Shown piece by piece: positions 51,705-62,041 of a stretch of 64,000 nucleotides of DNA. The position numbers and the translations under genes were made by a program. Under the pieces are notes generated by a model that ran no database searches, was not told the origin of the DNA, and saw nothing but the letters and a program-made list of their open reading frames with translations. Source of the DNA: Oculina patagonica (Eukaryota); NCBI RefSeq assembly GCF_052425735.1, contig NC_135771.1:3782001-3846000 (forward strand). Direction: 5' to 3'. The number at the start of each line of letters is the position of its first letter. Positions within the stretch are counted from its first letter, which is position 1.

Positions 51705-52145
51705 CCGTAATGATTCGATTTAGCGCCCTCCTTCAAATAAGCGCCCCCTTCCGAATAAGCGCCCCCCTTTGAATGTGTTTTTGTCAATAAGCGCCCCTAT
51801 TCCAATAAGCGCCCCCCTTCCAATAAGCGCCCCCATTCTAATAAGCGCCCCCATACGTATAAGCATAGATAAACTCATGAACATTCACCATACCGTTCAT
51901 GTATATATTTTACTGCTAAAATGAACAATTTTTTTAAAAGTAACTGAAATTTCACCAACTTGTTACTGTTACAGTTTCTGTTATTGTTAGTAATTTTTTA
52001 AGTTTTGTTTTGAACATTTGGTTGTTTTGCAAAAAATTAAATAAGCGCCCTCTCCCGAATAAGCGCCCTGTCTCGAATAAGCGCCCTCCCTTGAGGTGCC
52101 AAAAGTAAATAAGCGCCCCGGGCGCTAAATCGAATCATTACGGTA
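51703..52145. mobile_element. Same MITE family, inserted in the H4-H2A spacer
   Basis: TIRs identical to those of 2161-2570; TA ends. Confidence 0.9.
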
Positions 52146-52578
52146 GTTCATAAGCGGGGTATAATTTTAAGCGGAAAGCGAGTTCGTTACAAAAACAGCC
52201 AAATTTTCAAATTGGCGCCTCTTTTATGTCAGCGTATCCCGCGCGCACTGGAATATATTAGCATCATAAAGAAAAAGCCCTAAAATTTGCATTTGTTCAG
52301 AAATGACACGAAGTATAATTTTAACGGCGGGAAAGATAATTTAACTTGGGGTGGGATGTCTACTTTTCCCTAGGACTATTCCACTTGGAACAAGTCGGAA
52401 AATTTCTATCCCGAAATTGCCGCAATGTGGGAGAACTTCAATATCCCGATTATTTGCTATAAGCGGGTGCGATGTATCTGTATAATTAAACAGTGGTATA
52501 TAAATATAAAAATTAACAAAATATTTGTCAAAAATTGAAGAACTCATTTTGTTGATCGTGACTTTTATAACATTTGGT

Positions 52579-52594
52579 GGCTCCTAAAGGAGCC
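52579..52594 (-). terminator. Histone 3' stem-loop (H2A)
   Basis: AAAC-GGCTCC-TTTA-GGAGCC-ACCA. Confidence 0.95.
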
Positions 52595-52617
52595 GTTTTT
52601 TGTTTGTGAAAGCTAAT

Positions 52618-52998
52618 TTATGCTTTAGCTTTCTTCTCGGTCTTCTTGGGCAGAAGTACAGCCTGGATGTTGGGAAGAACACCTCCCTGTGCGATGGTAA
52701 CACCGGCGAGCAGTTTGTTCAACTCCTCGTCATTACGGACAGCCAGCTGAAGGTGACGGGGGATGATTCTTGTCTTCTTGTTGTCACGGGCAGCGTTGCC
52801 CGCCAACTCGAGGATCTCAGCGCTCAAATACTCGAGCACAGCAGCCAAGTACACTGGAGCACCGGCGCCAACACGCTCTCCATAGTTGCCTTTGCGGAGA
52901 AGACGATGGATACGACCAACTGGAAACTGAAGCCCTGCTCGGGATGAGCGGGTCTTGGACTTGGTGCCCTTAGCTTTTCCTTTACCGCGACCAGACAT
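52618..52998 (-). CDS. H2A: Histone H2A (canonical; no SQ-E/D-Y tail)
   Basis: [14 protein letters not shown]...[19 protein letters not shown]. Confidence 0.99.
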   Translation of the reverse strand: MSGRGKGKAKGTKSKTRSSRAGLQFPVGRIHRLLRKGNYGERVGAGAPVYLAAVLEYLSAEILELAGNAARDNKKTRIIPRHLQLAVRNDEELNKLLAGVTIAQGGVLPNIQAVLLPKKTEKKAKA

Positions 52999-53292
52999 GT
53001 TGAGTTTGAATTTACCTTCACGAAAAAAATGCGCGCCGAAATTTATGTGCCGTTATTCAAGTGTGGAGGATCGAAATACACCAATCAAAACTTTCCATTT
53101 GACAAGGTAAAACAAAGACTCCATGTGGTATAACAAACCACATGCATATATGACCTCGAAGGTCATATATACATACTAAAATAGCCAATCAGTAATCGAG
53201 AATTTCGATCCGTATGTTAATCGATCTTTTACTCATTCTACTATAAATACAAGATTCATCGAGTTGTCAGGCATTCATTTCTGACTACAGAC
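52999..53292. promoter_or_regulatory. Divergent H2A/H2B promoter
   Basis: Head-to-head genes; CCAATCA boxes, TATAAATA near 53242, ATTTCGATCC motif facing each gene. Confidence 0.8.
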
Positions 53293-53664
53293 ATGGCACC
53301 CAAAGTTGCAGGAAAGAAAGGCGAGAAGAAAGCCGGTAAGGCAAAGGCCTCGGCTGAAGGAAAGAAGAAGAGAAGGGGAAAGAGAAAGGAAAGCTATGCT
53401 ATCTACATCTACAAGGTGTTGAAGCAAGTTCACCCTGACACTGGTATCTCCAGCAAAGCCATGGGCATCATGAACTCGTTTGTCAACGACATCTTCGAGC
53501 GCATCGCCACCGAAGCTTCCCGCCTTGCCCACTACAACAAGAAATCAACCATCAGCTCTCGCGAGATCCAGACCGCCATCAGGCTGCTTCTGCCCGGTGA
53601 ACTGGCCAAACACGCCGTCAGTGAAGGAACCAAGGCTGTGACCAAGTACACCAGCAGCAAGTAA
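53293..53664 (+). CDS. H2B: Histone H2B
   Basis: [28 protein letters not shown]...TKYTSSK. Confidence 0.99.
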   Translation: MAPKVAGKKGEKKAGKAKASAEGKKKRRGKRKESYAIYIYKVLKQVHPDTGISSKAMGIMNSFVNDIFERIATEASRLAHYNKKSTISSREIQTAIRLLLPGELAKHAVSEGTKAVTKYTSSK

Positions 53665-53696
53665 ACTCACTTTGTGGGTTTCCCACCAAAACAAAC

Positions 53697-53712
53697 GGCT
53701 CCTTTAGGAGCC
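53697..53712 (+). terminator. Histone 3' stem-loop (H2B)
   Basis: AAAC-GGCTCC-TTTA-GGAGCC-ACCA. Confidence 0.95.
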
Positions 53713-54169
53713 ACCAAATGTTATAAAAGTCAATGACCAATACAGCTCGCTATCTATCAAGCCCAAGCGCTATTAACTTCAGTATGATAAAATAATCCCG
53801 CAAGTCTTTTGCAACAAATGTTTGTGCTAAGTTAAAACCGCTCCTCTTTTTCTAGGCTTTCTCCGAATGTGCATTTTTTTACCGCTATTTATATAGCGGC
53901 TCTAAAGAGAATTCAATTTTGAATTCTCGTCCTCGATCAATGAAATGCGAAGTAATGCATGACCGTAATGATAATAATAATAATTTGCTAATTTATATAG
54001 CGCATATTTTCATGTTCTGATCAATAGCGCTTTACATCTTATGAAAATAAAAATAAAGTTATAGATTATAAAAATACTTCTTAAAGTACAGTAGAACCCA
54101 GGCCCGAGTAGAACCCCGGTAACTCCTAGACTCCCACGAAGTTACGGTGTACGATGAGTATCATGCGTT

Positions 54170-54438
54170 AAAATCTTGAAAAGTGACATGAAATCTGGAA
54201 AAACACGAAAAAATCTTGAAAACAAAGTGAAAAATCTTGAAAAACGCGAAAAAATCTTGAAAAACGCGAAAAAATCTTGAAAACGCGAAAAAATCTTGAA
54301 AAACGCGAAAAAATCTTGAAAACGCGAAAAAAATCTTGGAAAAAACGAAAAATCTTGAAAAACGGTAAAAAAATCTTGAAAAACGCAAAAAAATCTTGAA
54401 AAACGCGAAAAAAATCTTGAAAACGCGAAAAAGCTTGA
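54170..54438 (+). repeat. 19-20 bp minisatellite, about 13 copies
   Basis: AAAATCTTGAAAAACGCGAA. Confidence 0.95.
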
Positions 54439-54719
54439 AGATTAATAAAGGTCAAATGAGATATTGATCTCACGTGAGACGACGTGCTTGCATGTTGAAT
54501 ACATGTCTGTTAGGCCAAACACTACTCCCTTTGAGCTGTTTCGGTAAAAGTATTGGTTGAGATTTGCGTTTTGGAACTCAACTAACTGTCTCCATTTTTT
54601 TATTCGTTTTGTCTCGTTACTTGCATCCAACAAATAAATTCTATTACAGTTTGATTACTGCATTTGAAGTCTCCAGGATGCGGTAACGATGATCTCTTCT
54701 GGCAATTTTTTTATTCTTA

Positions 54720-54764
54720 AGCAAGACTCGAGTTTCGGTTCTTCAGTGGAACTCATCAGTTGCT
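54720..54764 (-). ncRNA. Minimal type I hammerhead ribozyme (predicted)
   Basis: AGCAA-CUGAUGA-GUUC CACUGAA GAAC C-GAA-ACUCGAGU-C-UUGCU. Confidence 0.72.
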
Positions 54765-55892
54765 CCTAAAGTCTCGTCCAATTATTTGAAATCATTCGAT
54801 TTGCCGTTTTTGTACAAATCTCAACACCCAAGCTAAGGGGAGCTTGAAAAACTGAAATAACTCACAATGCTTTGAGACTGCATTACCCTTGAATGTGTAA
54901 TGATAATACCGATATCCTGTGTTTGATTGACATGTAATTTTATACTCTAAGATAATCGAATATATCAACCACGTTCTTGTATGATTACGCCCAGATTAAT
55001 AAATGCCTTGAGCTAGTCAACATTACTTCTTCATGCTTCATGCTACTTCTTCGGGGCGATGAGTGAAACATGATGTACAAGCGTCGTAGTTTCGAGCGCA
55101 CATATGGAAAACACGGAAGGCGCGAGGAAAAAATCGAGGAGGCGCCTGCGTCTCCTCGATTTTTCCTTGCGCGGCCTTCTCGCACTCTTTAAATGTCCTT
55201 AAAAACGATAAGCATCCGTGGCGAGTTGCAAGAACTGGAATTCGAGTTATCGGGGGTAAATTTGACCCAAATTTTGATCAAGGGAAACGAAATTTTAGTT
55301 CAAGTAAGCAGGGTTTCGAGTTATCTGAGTTCGTCTCGACCGAGTAAAAATGACTGAAAAGTAGGGTGACCGGTTCGTAAATTTTCTTTACTTTTTTACT
55401 TTCATGAGATTTTAGAACCTCATCTGAATACCGTCATAAAAATATCTCTTGAAGTGAAATTCTCCCAAAATAAATATTATACACAAATGCAAAAAAAAAA
55501 AAAGAAAATAGTCAAAATGAAAGTGATGCCCATGTGCTTTTCTATTTCAAGGCAATCAGGGTTTTTTTTCCATTTTGGAAAGTTGGATTTTGAATGGCAG
55601 TTTCGCGAGATTGATGTTTAAACTGAAGGTGACATTAATTAAGCTGGCCAAAAAAATTTTGATGTGATTTTTTATGACAGCAAAATAAAGAAGTTTTCGA
55701 ACTAAAATGATAATGATAATGCATTTATATAGCGACAAGAAGCAAGGCTGACACTAAGGTTTTTTCATTTCTACGTAGTGTCAGCCTTGCTTATCTTGTC
55801 TCTGTATTTTTATTTTTGGCTGATTAGAGCTGTCGCCAGCTCCTACGTACACTAGCAGCATTTTTGTCCGCGGTCCCTTGCTTTCTATTGTC

Positions 55893-56225
55893 TCATTTAT
55901 ATAGCACATTCATTTTTTTATATGTATGTGTTCAAATGCGCTGAACACATACTGTAATTTACTACACACAAAGGCCAGACGCAACACCGGGAGCTTCGTG
56001 CCCTTTGCGGGGGGGGGTTTTTTTCCATTCATTGCGAAAAGTGTGTGTGTTCTTTTACGTCCCCTGCTATAGGACTAAAGATACAGACGGGAGGTACGTA
56101 TTTATCGTCCTTTTCCGAGAAGACTAAAATGTTTACCCATTTGCCCTCAGTGTTGGTCTGGTCTGGAGTTCGAACCCACGACCTCCCGCACAGCAGTCCG
56201 GCGCTCTACCAACTGAGCTAACCGG
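55893..56225 (-). mobile_element. tRNA-headed SINE with an L2-like 3' end
   Basis: Minus strand GCTCAGTTGGTAGAGCG...GGTTCGAACTCC head; tail AGCGCATTTGA..TGTGCTATATAAAT. Confidence 0.7.
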
Positions 56226-57262
56226 AAGCGGAGATGTTTAATTATTAATTATGCAAAGATGTTTAACTCTTGGCTTTTCTCAGTCGCTTAAAATAGATGT
56301 CGATTGCTGTTACTTTGACTTATAAAAAAAGTTTAACACAAAATAAAGACACCATAATACATACGTATTGTCGACGCTTTTATTTCTGCTAGATACGAAG
56401 GAAAGGAAAATATCATATTTTGAAAGACATTCCGGGCCGCGAGCACTAGGAAGTACCATAAAATTTCGATAACCCTTCAGAAAAAGGGAATAATTTTAAA
56501 CCCCAGTTTCAAAAATGAAATTTTTGGGTTCATCTAAAGATATAGAATGGGTTTGTACGTTATTTTTTATTGAGGGGGAAGTGGAGGGAAGGGGGTTATT
56601 ATATTTTGCGCCCAGTGCTCAAATTTATTCAGAGAGTCATTTGGAGTTTTCTATGAAAGAAGGGGGTGGGGATTATTATCGGGGGAGGGAAATTATTATT
56701 TGAAGGAATTCTGGGTTTCAACCCATTGGTGGCTGTTCTGGCCAAAATTGTTCCACTTTTGACGTCATCATCTTTGACCAAAAAAGGCATCATATAATCA
56801 ATCTCTGCAGGAGCAAAAGATCTTTCCAATGAGCTTGAAACACAAAATGTAGTAGTTTGAAGCAGTTTTGGCTCATATCTGACCGGAAAATGCCAAAACT
56901 GTCGACAAAATACTTTTCAAAAATCTCCAGTCTCTCCAGGGGTCAATGAGTTTAAAGCCTGTGGGTCTAATAAGAGGGGGTGGGGGTGGGGGATTGCCTC
57001 TGGGATTGGAGGCATTATTTTAAGGATGAGGCTTATCGAAATTTTATGGTTATGATGTAACTACTAGGAACTTTAGTCACGGCATCATTTTCTAGTTATG
57101 AAGGTACAGTATTTACAGTCTAGTAGCCATGCGTCAAGCGGCTTGAAATGAAAGCCTATTTACTGCCATGCGCGCGAGCTTTCTCTCGCCTCTCGCGTGT
57201 CCTCCTTTCTTCATTCGCTCCCAAACTGCTTGGCCTCAGCGCTTGAAGTCTTCGTCATCTCC

Positions 57263-58276
57263 TTAGAAAGGAGTGACCTTGTTATTTTTTAATCGAAACC
57301 ATCTGCGAGACGTTCTCCCGCTCTTCTGTGCGTTGGCGTTGTTTGCAACATCCACGGGGTCTTCCTCAAGAGTCTCATTCCCGGCGGTTGAACTGTAGCG
57401 TGACGCGGCAGAGGACAGCCTTGAATTCTCGCTGCTGCTGCTGCTGGAGCAGTTATCAGAGCTGCTGTCACGGCAGTCTTCCACGTCTACGTGAAATATT
57501 CTTGCAATGGCTTCGTCCGGTCGGAGATCTGCAGGACCGTTGTTGGGGTCTTTGAACACCCTTAATCGCATCGACTTTTTGATCCTCTTGGCTAGTCGTA
57601 TGCTTCTGGCGCGCACCAATTGCTCAAGTCGTGATTGTAGTTTTTCTTCGGCCAGTTTCTCTTTTTTCTTGAGAACCTTGGAGTACACCTGTTGCCATTC
57701 GGACGGGCGTGGTGGCGGCAATGAAATGTTGGGTGTACTGTGGTGGCCAGATGTACCAGGACACTCATTCGCGCCCGCCCCATTTCTAGATCCACCATTA
57801 CCACTGTCTTCTTGTTGGAACTGGCGCTCATTCCTCGAGCTAGAACAAGCCGGGCTTTCCACTGGTGCTAACGAGCGAAAATGGACGTTATTTTGCTGCC
57901 CCAGTCCAGTTATTTTCACATTCCTGGGCAGACATGACTTTCCGCGGACCTCAAAACTCAATTCTTCTAGATCTTGTGGATGGTCGACATCACACTCATC
58001 TTCAGACAAAAACGACGATGTACTTGGCTCCTGCGATGTGCTTGAAAACGACTGCTTGTCCGACTCGATGTCAAGAACTTCAACGCTAGAAGATACCGCC
58101 GCGGTACCCACAGGATCCTGTCTTATTTCCAACGGACATTCACATGAGCCCGCGGTTGTGGGACAGTTAATACGGATGTCAACGACTGGTGTTTCTTCTA
58201 TTTCTTCACTTTTTTCATTTTTCCCGCCTTTCCCTTTTCTGCGGTTTGAGCAAACTACTGAGTTGCAGTTCCCCAT
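57263..58276 (-). CDS. Uncharacterised intronless protein (337 aa from MGNC), predicted N-myristoylated/palmitoylated, largely disordered with a central basic helix
   Basis: About 1 kb uninterrupted ORF with elevated GC in AT-rich DNA; starts MGNCNSVVCSNRRKGKGGK; ends RRWFRLKNNKVTPF. Confidence 0.7.
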   Translation of the reverse strand: MGNCNSVVCSNRRKGKGGKNEKSEEIEETPVVDIRINCPTTAGSCECPLEIRQDPVGTAAVSSSVEVLDIESDKQSFSSTSQEPSTSSFLSEDECDVDHPQDLEELSFEVRGKSCLPRNVKITGLGQQNNVHFRSLAPVESPACSSSRNERQFQQEDSGNGGSRNGAGANECPGTSGHHSTPNISLPPPRPSEWQQVYSKVLKKKEKLAEEKLQSRLEQLVRARSIRLAKRIKKSMRLRVFKDPNNGPADLRPDEAIARIFHVDVEDCRDSSSDNCSSSSSSENSRLSSAASRYSSTAGNETLEEDPVDVANNANAQKSGRTSRRWFRLKNNKVTPF

Positions 58277-59514
58277 TGTAACGCAAATCGTATCTCGAAA
58301 GAATACCTCTTCTCTGATAGCTTGATTGTGACGCAAAGATTATTGGCGGTTGACGTATTCTCGATTAGTTTCACGCGCGCGCTGCCTCGATTTGGATCCA
58401 AATGCGCCTTTCTTCCTCCCATCATCCTTCGCGTCTTGCAATTTGCGCTAAAGAGACGACTGGGTACGAGTCAGCTGTAAAGGTGTAAGTTATAATACAT
58501 AAGTTGTACTAGCCTGCCGAACAGGCACGCGAAGAGCAAGGGAAAATAAATATCGATCCGCGCTACTCGCGCGTAAAAGATATGGGTCCAACGAGATCAT
58601 ACCAGCTAGGTTGGAAGAGTCTGGTGCTGACCAAAAGAAATGCAGAAATCGGATGTTCTCCTCCGGATGCTGCTTCAGCATCACACCAGCACCAGGGCCC
58701 CACCTCCCGATGTTTTGATAGGTCGAGCCACTTTGAGCGAAAACGGAAATCTAAAAAGAAACGGGTTTTAATCAAATGCACAATCTAGTATTCGCGGCCA
58801 TTTTACTCCACTCAAGTTTAATGCAAACAAACTGATATCTTATAACGGTATGGTTAAACTGTGAAGCGCCTCAAAGACATTCAGTTGAAAGTTTGTCTTC
58901 GTTTTCTAGCGCTAAATGTTTGAAAATCGAGACGTTCGGAATACTACCCCTTTAATATTAAATCATTGGAAATCATATAACGTGTTTTGAACTCAGATGT
59001 GTTCATCAAACCTATATTCTCTCAAAAGCATAAAAGCGTCCATTTTCAGTTCTAGAGTAGAGGAGTCATAACTTCACAGCTTCTTCCCTCACAGAATTCA
59101 CATTTATCAAGATGGCGGACTTTTCCGATCAGTGCTTTCAACTTTCACTCAACAAATCGTTCTGAGAGAAGAAACATCCATGTTAATAACGTCAAGGAAC
59201 CACGCCTCTAATTAAGCCTTTTCCTCAATTTGCTTGCACTCAGTTTCCTTTACTTTTTCGGGATGGTTACGGAAGCGGCCGCTGGTTAGGAATATCCGGC
59301 ATCACTCAGTATACCCTCCTTTTCACGACTTCTTGCTGTTAGATTACTCGTAGAAAAGGTTTCACGTTACAGGTAAATAAACCGCTTTTCCGAGAAAAAA
59401 AATTAAACGCGCCATTTTGCGGCCTGATGTTCAACAAACTGCCGGGAATCGGCGGCCGGGAGAATATTGTGAATTTTGCCAAGAAGCTAAAAACAATTAA
59501 TCATTATATTGCAA

Positions 59515-60145
59515 AAACCGAGCGGTACGGGTTTGAGCCTGGCCGGGGTCATTGTGTTGTGTTCTTGGGCAAGACACTTGACTCTCATAGTGCCTCTCTC
59601 CACCCAGGTGAATAAATGGGTACCGGCGAACTAATCCTGGGGGGTAACCCTGCGATAGACTAGCATCCAATCCAGGGTGGAGTAGAAATACTCCTAGTCG
59701 CTTAATGCTACAGAAACCGGGATAAGCTCTGGCCAGCAGGGGCGTATCTAGCCTATAGCTATATAGGCCCGTAGGCCCGGGCCTACAAATATTTTTGGCC
59801 CGCTCGTATTTTTAGAGAGCAATCCTCAAGATGAAATAGAAATCAATGTGCATTGTAAATATCGCAAAGACGTTTAGAGTAGCCAAGTGATAGGTTTCGT
59901 TAAAGACAAGTGCGTTTATATATTTGGCAATAAGTGAAAGTTTGCCCATTCTCTGTACTAAAATGTCAAAATGTAGGTGCTGTGAAATTGCACTTTTGAG
60001 GGTCTTTATCGGTAGGATGTCCCCAAACGCCTTCCCCCCCCCCCCCCCCATCCCCCACCAAGAAGCGGCCAGGCCTACAACTCTTCAGAAAGCTGGCTAC
60101 GCCCCTGGCCTGTACCGGTCACTAGGCTTGACGCAGACTTTACCC
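59515..60145 (+). mobile_element. 5'-truncated SINE of the same family, interrupted by a CAGGGGCGTA-ended MITE (59737-60107)
   Basis: Colinearity with the other copies; TIR CAGGGGCGTA..AGC / GCT..TACGCCCCTG. Confidence 0.8.
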
Positions 60146-61834
60146 TTAGGGGGAATGCTCAGAATTTTCGTTAGTGCTACCCAAACAGCGTGTATTAGAA
60201 GTATTAAATGCAAAGTCATGCTGACAACTGATTAAATCGAGTCTTCCAACTGATCAGTCCAAGATAAAGTGGTTTCCTGCCTTCGACAGGTAAATATAAC
60301 ACAGACTACAATCCTCCGGTCCTGGTGGGCGTTTTTTAATTGGTTTAACCACTGTAGCTGTACTGGCAAAAAAGACAGCGTAGAACATTGATGGAAACAC
60401 GCCCGTGAAATCTTTCAGTTTAGCGCGCCGTTTGATTTCCGAATATTTTTCACTTGTTGAGTTGGGCAAATGACACGCCTCTTTTGATGAAAACTTCAGT
60501 TTCTAACGAGTGATGACCCTAAAGTTAAAAATATCACAAAAACAGTTAAATCATTTATTAAAAATTCCGACAATTTTGCAAAGCCGTCTTATCAGAGCCA
60601 CGCACTTTTTCGCAGGGTAATTTGGGCGATTTTACGTGTGGTCTCGGGTTAGAGATAAAAATCACTCTGTTTTTTTTTTAAATCATAACTCGTTGGCATA
60701 AAAAGCGGAAAACGTTTTTGAATATTTTTGCAAATCCAATCGGATATTGATCAAAGACAAGTCACCGGAAAAGAGGCAGTTTTACGTGATTTTCAGAAGT
60801 CCGTTATAAATTCAGCTCAGCTGCTTTTATTTCTAAATACGTTTTAGATTGTTTAAAGATGAGAGATCAAAAGTTGAACCAAGAAGTATGGCGACTTTAC
60901 GATAAGTTTAATTTGATTAGAGTTCTGCAGAGTAAAGATAAGTTCTAAGATACGAATATTGTACTTGGTTTTGTATCACGTTTCTAGGTACTTAAAGTTG
61001 TAGCTAATCACAATACCAATACTGGTTATTTCAATTCATGTGTAAAAAGTGAAAGTGATACCAGGTATACTAAATTGTGATACTGTAATTTACGGACTGC
61101 GAAACAGTGCAATGAGCAATAAATGCCATATATCTCACCATGCCATGAAGACAAATCGCTTATCGCACACATTTCCTGGGAGTAAACCCGATATTAACGG
61201 AGATCCGGGGCGCCTTGTATTGTATTCAGGCATGCAATTTATCAAAAGGTTCCGGAATTTGTTTTCTCTGACTATTCACGTTTTATTTATTTTGATACTG
61301 TGTTATAAAACTCCGCTTGGGAAATATCAGGTCTCTCTCTGCATGCACCAGTGCTGATATTTGAGTTGCGTGCTGAAATAACGTTTGTTGCACGCCGGGG
61401 GGAGCTCTCCTATTTACTTCGTGGGGGTTGGCGTTTCTCGTTGTAACGTCCCAGTCAGTATCTCGTCATGTATTGTAGACTTGTTGGGTACAATTAGGGG
61501 TACATAACAGAGAACTTAATTTCTTATTGAGATAAGAAGGCAAAGCATTAAAACTAAATTTACGTGGACATTTGGGAGAAGAAAGAAAGACAATAATTGA
61601 CCTCCTTACCCTCACCCGCTGGGGTCAACTTTCCCTCCGCTGAGGGACATTCCATGTAATCTTACATAACCAACTGTAAAAACGTGTATGTTTCTAATGA
61701 TTTGTCAAAATCACTCATCAAATGTAAGTATTAACTAGTATTTGCGTTTGAGATCAACGCCACACAGCGTAAAATTTCAGAGTCCCGAATCTTTAGCGTT
61801 GGATCAGAAAAAGCAAGCGCTTGCTGGTCTCAAA

Positions 61835-62041
61835 ATGTTTTCAGGAAAGTTTTCTCAAGTCGTTGACTTAGCGTGCTTTCTGATCGTTGGGCTTGTGAGC
61901 GCGCTGTTGGGACTTGTGATTCCTCCATTTAGACGCGGGTTTTTCTGCGATGATGACAGCATTAAATACCCGTACACAACTAAAGAAACCCTTCCCACAT
62001 GGGCGTTACTTCTAGTCTCAGTGATTCTTCCAGTTGTTACG
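61835..62041 (+). CDS. First coding exon of a PAP2-family phospholipid phosphatase (PLPP/wunen-like); further exons not identified in this window
   Basis: TM1 followed by PFRRGFFCDDDSIKYPY..ET, the PLPP signature; phase-0 donor ACG|GTAAGT. Confidence 0.9.

Noticed and set aside
54161-54473. Phe/Arg-rich ORFs and a CRISPR-like appearance
   Set aside because: Head-to-tail minisatellite without unique spacers, in a eukaryotic context.
56150-56225. tRNA gene candidates (also near 4620-4670, 37440 and 38161)
   Set aside because: A and B boxes are present, but no acceptor stem closes and the sequence continues into SINE bodies.
57507-58325. 272-aa + strand ORF
   Set aside because: Antisense to the longer ORF that has sensible targeting motifs at both ends.
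58582-58788. Small ORF ending KRKSKKKRVLIKCTI, resembling a prenylation tail
   Set aside because: The Cys is third from the end, so it is not a CaaX box; no other support.
58560-58790. Telomerase RNA, 7SK, SRP or snRNA identity for the structured region
   Set aside because: No CCCUAA template, Sm site or other family signature found.
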